Assembly: GCA_022710975.1 (NCBI GenBank)
Contig: JAKLGA010000011.1
Span: 177,842-241,841, forward strand
Length of the DNA stretch: 64,000 nt
Source of the DNA: Myxococcota bacterium
GTDB taxonomy: Bacteria; Myxococcota; B64-G9
Direction: 5' to 3'
Part shown: piece after piece, positions 62,460-64,000 of the stretch
Layout: every line of letters starts with the position of its first letter
Position numbering within the stretch: position 1 is the first letter of the stretch
The notes under the pieces: generated by a model
The model's input: only the letters and a program-made list of their open reading frames with translations
Database searches by the model: none
Told to the model about the DNA's origin: nothing
Translations under genes and position numbers: made by a program

Positions 62460-63812
62460 TCACTCGCGCGGGCGCACCCGCCAGGTGGCCAGCGCCAGCA
62501 CCAGCGACAGCACGGACGCGCCCGTCCAGACGGCGAAGGCGGCGTGGAAGTCGTAGGCGCCCTGGCCGGGCGCCCCGGCCGCGGCGGGCGCCTCGACCAG
62601 CAGGCCGGTGGCCACGTCCTGGACGCCGGCGCCCAGGTACGAGCACAGCCCGATGAAGCCCATGGCCGCGCCGGTGGCGCGCCTGGGCACGATGTCGACC
62701 GCCAGCAGCCCGCCCTGGTACACGAGCAGCCCGCCCGTGGCGAAGCCGAACAGGCCGAGCGCCAGCGAGTCCAGCCAGGGCTCGCCCGGGGGCACCAGGC
62801 GCAGCAGGACGAGCGCGCCGATCTGGATCAGGCCGTAGCCGAGCAGCAGCGGGTGGCGCCGCGAGCCGAACAGGCGATCGGACAGGACGCCCGCGCCCAG
62901 CGTGCCCAGGATGCCGAGCAGCGGACCGGCCGCGGCCAGCGCGCCGGAGGCCTCGAGGCTGTAGCCCTTCTGCAGCTGCAGGTAGGTCATGGCCCAGTGG
63001 TTGATGCCGTAGCGCGAGACGTACAGCAGGAAGGCGCTCAGGCCCAGCACCCAGATCCAGGGGTTCTTGAGCACCTCCAGCTGCAGCGCGCCCAGGCTGC
63101 GCTCGTGGCTGGCCGGGTCCGGCGGCGGATCGGCCACGTGCCGCCAGATGGGCGGCAGGCCGAGCGTCTGGGGTCGGTCCGCGTGGGTCCGCAGCAGCAC
63201 CAGCCCGCCCAGCAGGCACACCAGCCCGGGCACCCACAGGCCCGCGCGCCAGCCCCAGGCCGCGGCCACCAGCCCGATGCCGGCGAAGGAGAGCGCCTCG
63301 CCCAGGTTGTGGGCCAGGCTCCACAGGCTGTAGGCCGAGCCCCGCTCGCGGCGACCGAACCACTGGGAGATGCTCACCACGCTGGGCGCGGCGCCCATGG
63401 ACTGCAGCCAGCCGTTCAGGCCCCACAGCAGCAGGAACACCATGAAGCCGCTGGAGAAGCCCAGGGCCAGGTTGACGATGGCCGTGCCCAGCAGGCCGGC
63501 CGACATGAAGCGGCGCATGTTGCAGCGGTCGGCCAGCACCCCGTTGAGGAAGCGGCCCACGGCGTACACCCACAGCAGCCCGGCGCTGATGACGCCCAGC
63601 TCGGTCGGGCTGAACAGGCCGGCCTCGATCAGCGGGGCCTTCACCACCTGGAGGCTCAGCCGGGTGACGTAGTACAGCCCGTAGCCGAGCGTGATGCTCA
63701 GCAGCACGCGCCAGCGCAGCCGGCGGTAGCGCCGCCGCACCTCCTCGGGGTCGGCCGAGCAGCTGGGCTGATCGGGGCCCGTCAGGAAGAACTGGGCGAT
63801 GCGCCTCCACAC
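62460..63812 (-). CDS. MFS transporter, organophosphate:Pi antiporter (GlpT/UhpC)-like
   Basis: 12-TM pattern with YGLYYVTRLSLQVVKAPL, GVLADRCNMRRF and QWFGRRERGSAYSLW, as in the OPA family. Confidence 0.82.
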   Translation of the reverse strand: MWRRIAQFFLTGPDQPSCSADPEEVRRRYRRLRWRVLLSITLGYGLYYVTRLSLQVVKAPLIEAGLFSPTELGVISAGLLWVYAVGRFLNGVLADRCNMRRFMSAGLLGTAIVNLALGFSSGFMVFLLLWGLNGWLQSMGAAPSVVSISQWFGRRERGSAYSLWSLAHNLGEALSFAGIGLVAAAWGWRAGLWVPGLVCLLGGLVLLRTHADRPQTLGLPPIWRHVADPPPDPASHERSLGALQLEVLKNPWIWVLGLSAFLLYVSRYGINHWAMTYLQLQKGYSLEASGALAAAGPLLGILGTLGAGVLSDRLFGSRRHPLLLGYGLIQIGALVLLRLVPPGEPWLDSLALGLFGFATGGLLVYQGGLLAVDIVPRRATGAAMGFIGLCSYLGAGVQDVATGLLVEAPAAAGAPGQGAYDFHAAFAVWTGASVLSLVLALATWRVRPRE

Positions 63813-63827
63813 GGCCGGGCTCCCCGC

Positions 63828-64000
63828 TCACCCGCCGAACCGGTGGGCGAGCTCGTTCTCCACCACCCGCCGGAGCCTGCGGGCGCTCCAGTCCACCACC
63901 GCCAGCGAGCCGTTGGGCAGGAAGCGGTTCTCGCCCAGCGCGCGCGTCAGCGCGCGGATGGCCCCGCCGTGGCTGAACACCAGGTGGCGGCCGGGCTGGA
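63828..64000 (-). CDS. Histidine phosphatase (phosphoglycerate-mutase-like) family protein, C-terminal fragment; 5' end lies beyond the window
   Basis: Manual translation gives ...QPGRHLVFSHGGAIRALTRALGENRFLPNGSLAVVDWSARRLRRVVENELAHRFGG*. The SHGGxIRA motif is typical of the family. Confidence 0.55.
   Translation of the reverse strand, partial: QPGRHLVFSHGGAIRALTRALGENRFLPNGSLAVVDWSARRLRRVVENELAHRFGG

Overview
The window is very GC-rich (roughly 70-75% by eye, with extreme third-codon-position GC) and looks like ordinary chromosome. I call about 50 protein-coding genes. I found no rRNA, tRNA, CRISPR array, transposase, integrase or prophage genes. Several features suggest a Myxococcota-type deltaproteobacterium, possibly a facultative anaerobe since nrdDG and ackA are present (inference): two ECF sigma factors, many lipobox lipoproteins, Cys-rich repeat proteins with C(N/D)GLDDxCDG motifs, a PilZ protein and a dual-receiver response regulator.

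Most long ORFs in the six-frame track are antisense or out-of-frame artefacts of the GC bias. Real genes were picked by family-like sequence, signal peptides or lipoboxes, Shine-Dalgarno (SD) sites and 4-nt start/stop overlaps.

Gene content in order:
- 0.2-3.4 kb: lipoprotein gene, then an ECF sigma / anti-sigma / three small envelope proteins operon.
- 3.4-5.7 kb: amidase and an 8-module Cys-rich lipoprotein.
- 5.7-6.2 kb: a lower-GC structured intergenic island.
- 6.2-12.5 kb: PilZ protein, penicillin-acylase-family protein, ackA and an OPT transporter.
- 12.7-19.6 kb: a 1292-aa lipoprotein (12 six-Cys repeats, lamin-tail domain, beta-propeller), followed by a polytopic membrane protein and a dual-REC regulator.
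- 19.6-23 kb: epimerase and a double glycosyltransferase.
- 23-25.9 kb: split lysine-ketoglutarate reductase / saccharopine dehydrogenase pair.
- 26-28.2 kb: ABC-2 transporter.
- 28.3-38 kb: a second ECF sigma followed by lipoproteins, a FadL-like porin, a GH92 mannosidase, an unknown lipoprotein and a CPBP protease.
- 38.3-40.9 kb: PHP-domain and HExxH exoproteins.
- 40.9-42.7 kb: heat-shock module (two hsp20 genes and a J-protein).
- 42.7-46.6 kb: M29 aminopeptidase, a DUF3783-like protein, a P-loop protein and an MFS transporter.
- 46.6-49.5 kb: nrdDG.
- 49.7-50.2 kb: a Cys-less DksA paralog.
- 50.2-59.2 kb: a short Omp85 barrel followed by two tandem giant Cys-rich / beta-helix / poly-Gly lipoprotein paralogs.
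- 59.2-64 kb: a HEAT-like exoprotein, pruA, a GlpT-like MFS transporter and a partial histidine phosphatase.

The best candidates for undescribed biology are the Omp85 plus giant-lipoprotein module, the 12.7-19.6 kb surface-protein/signalling cluster, and the 28.3-38 kb envelope/glycan cluster. All family names come from motif recognition by eye, not from database searches.
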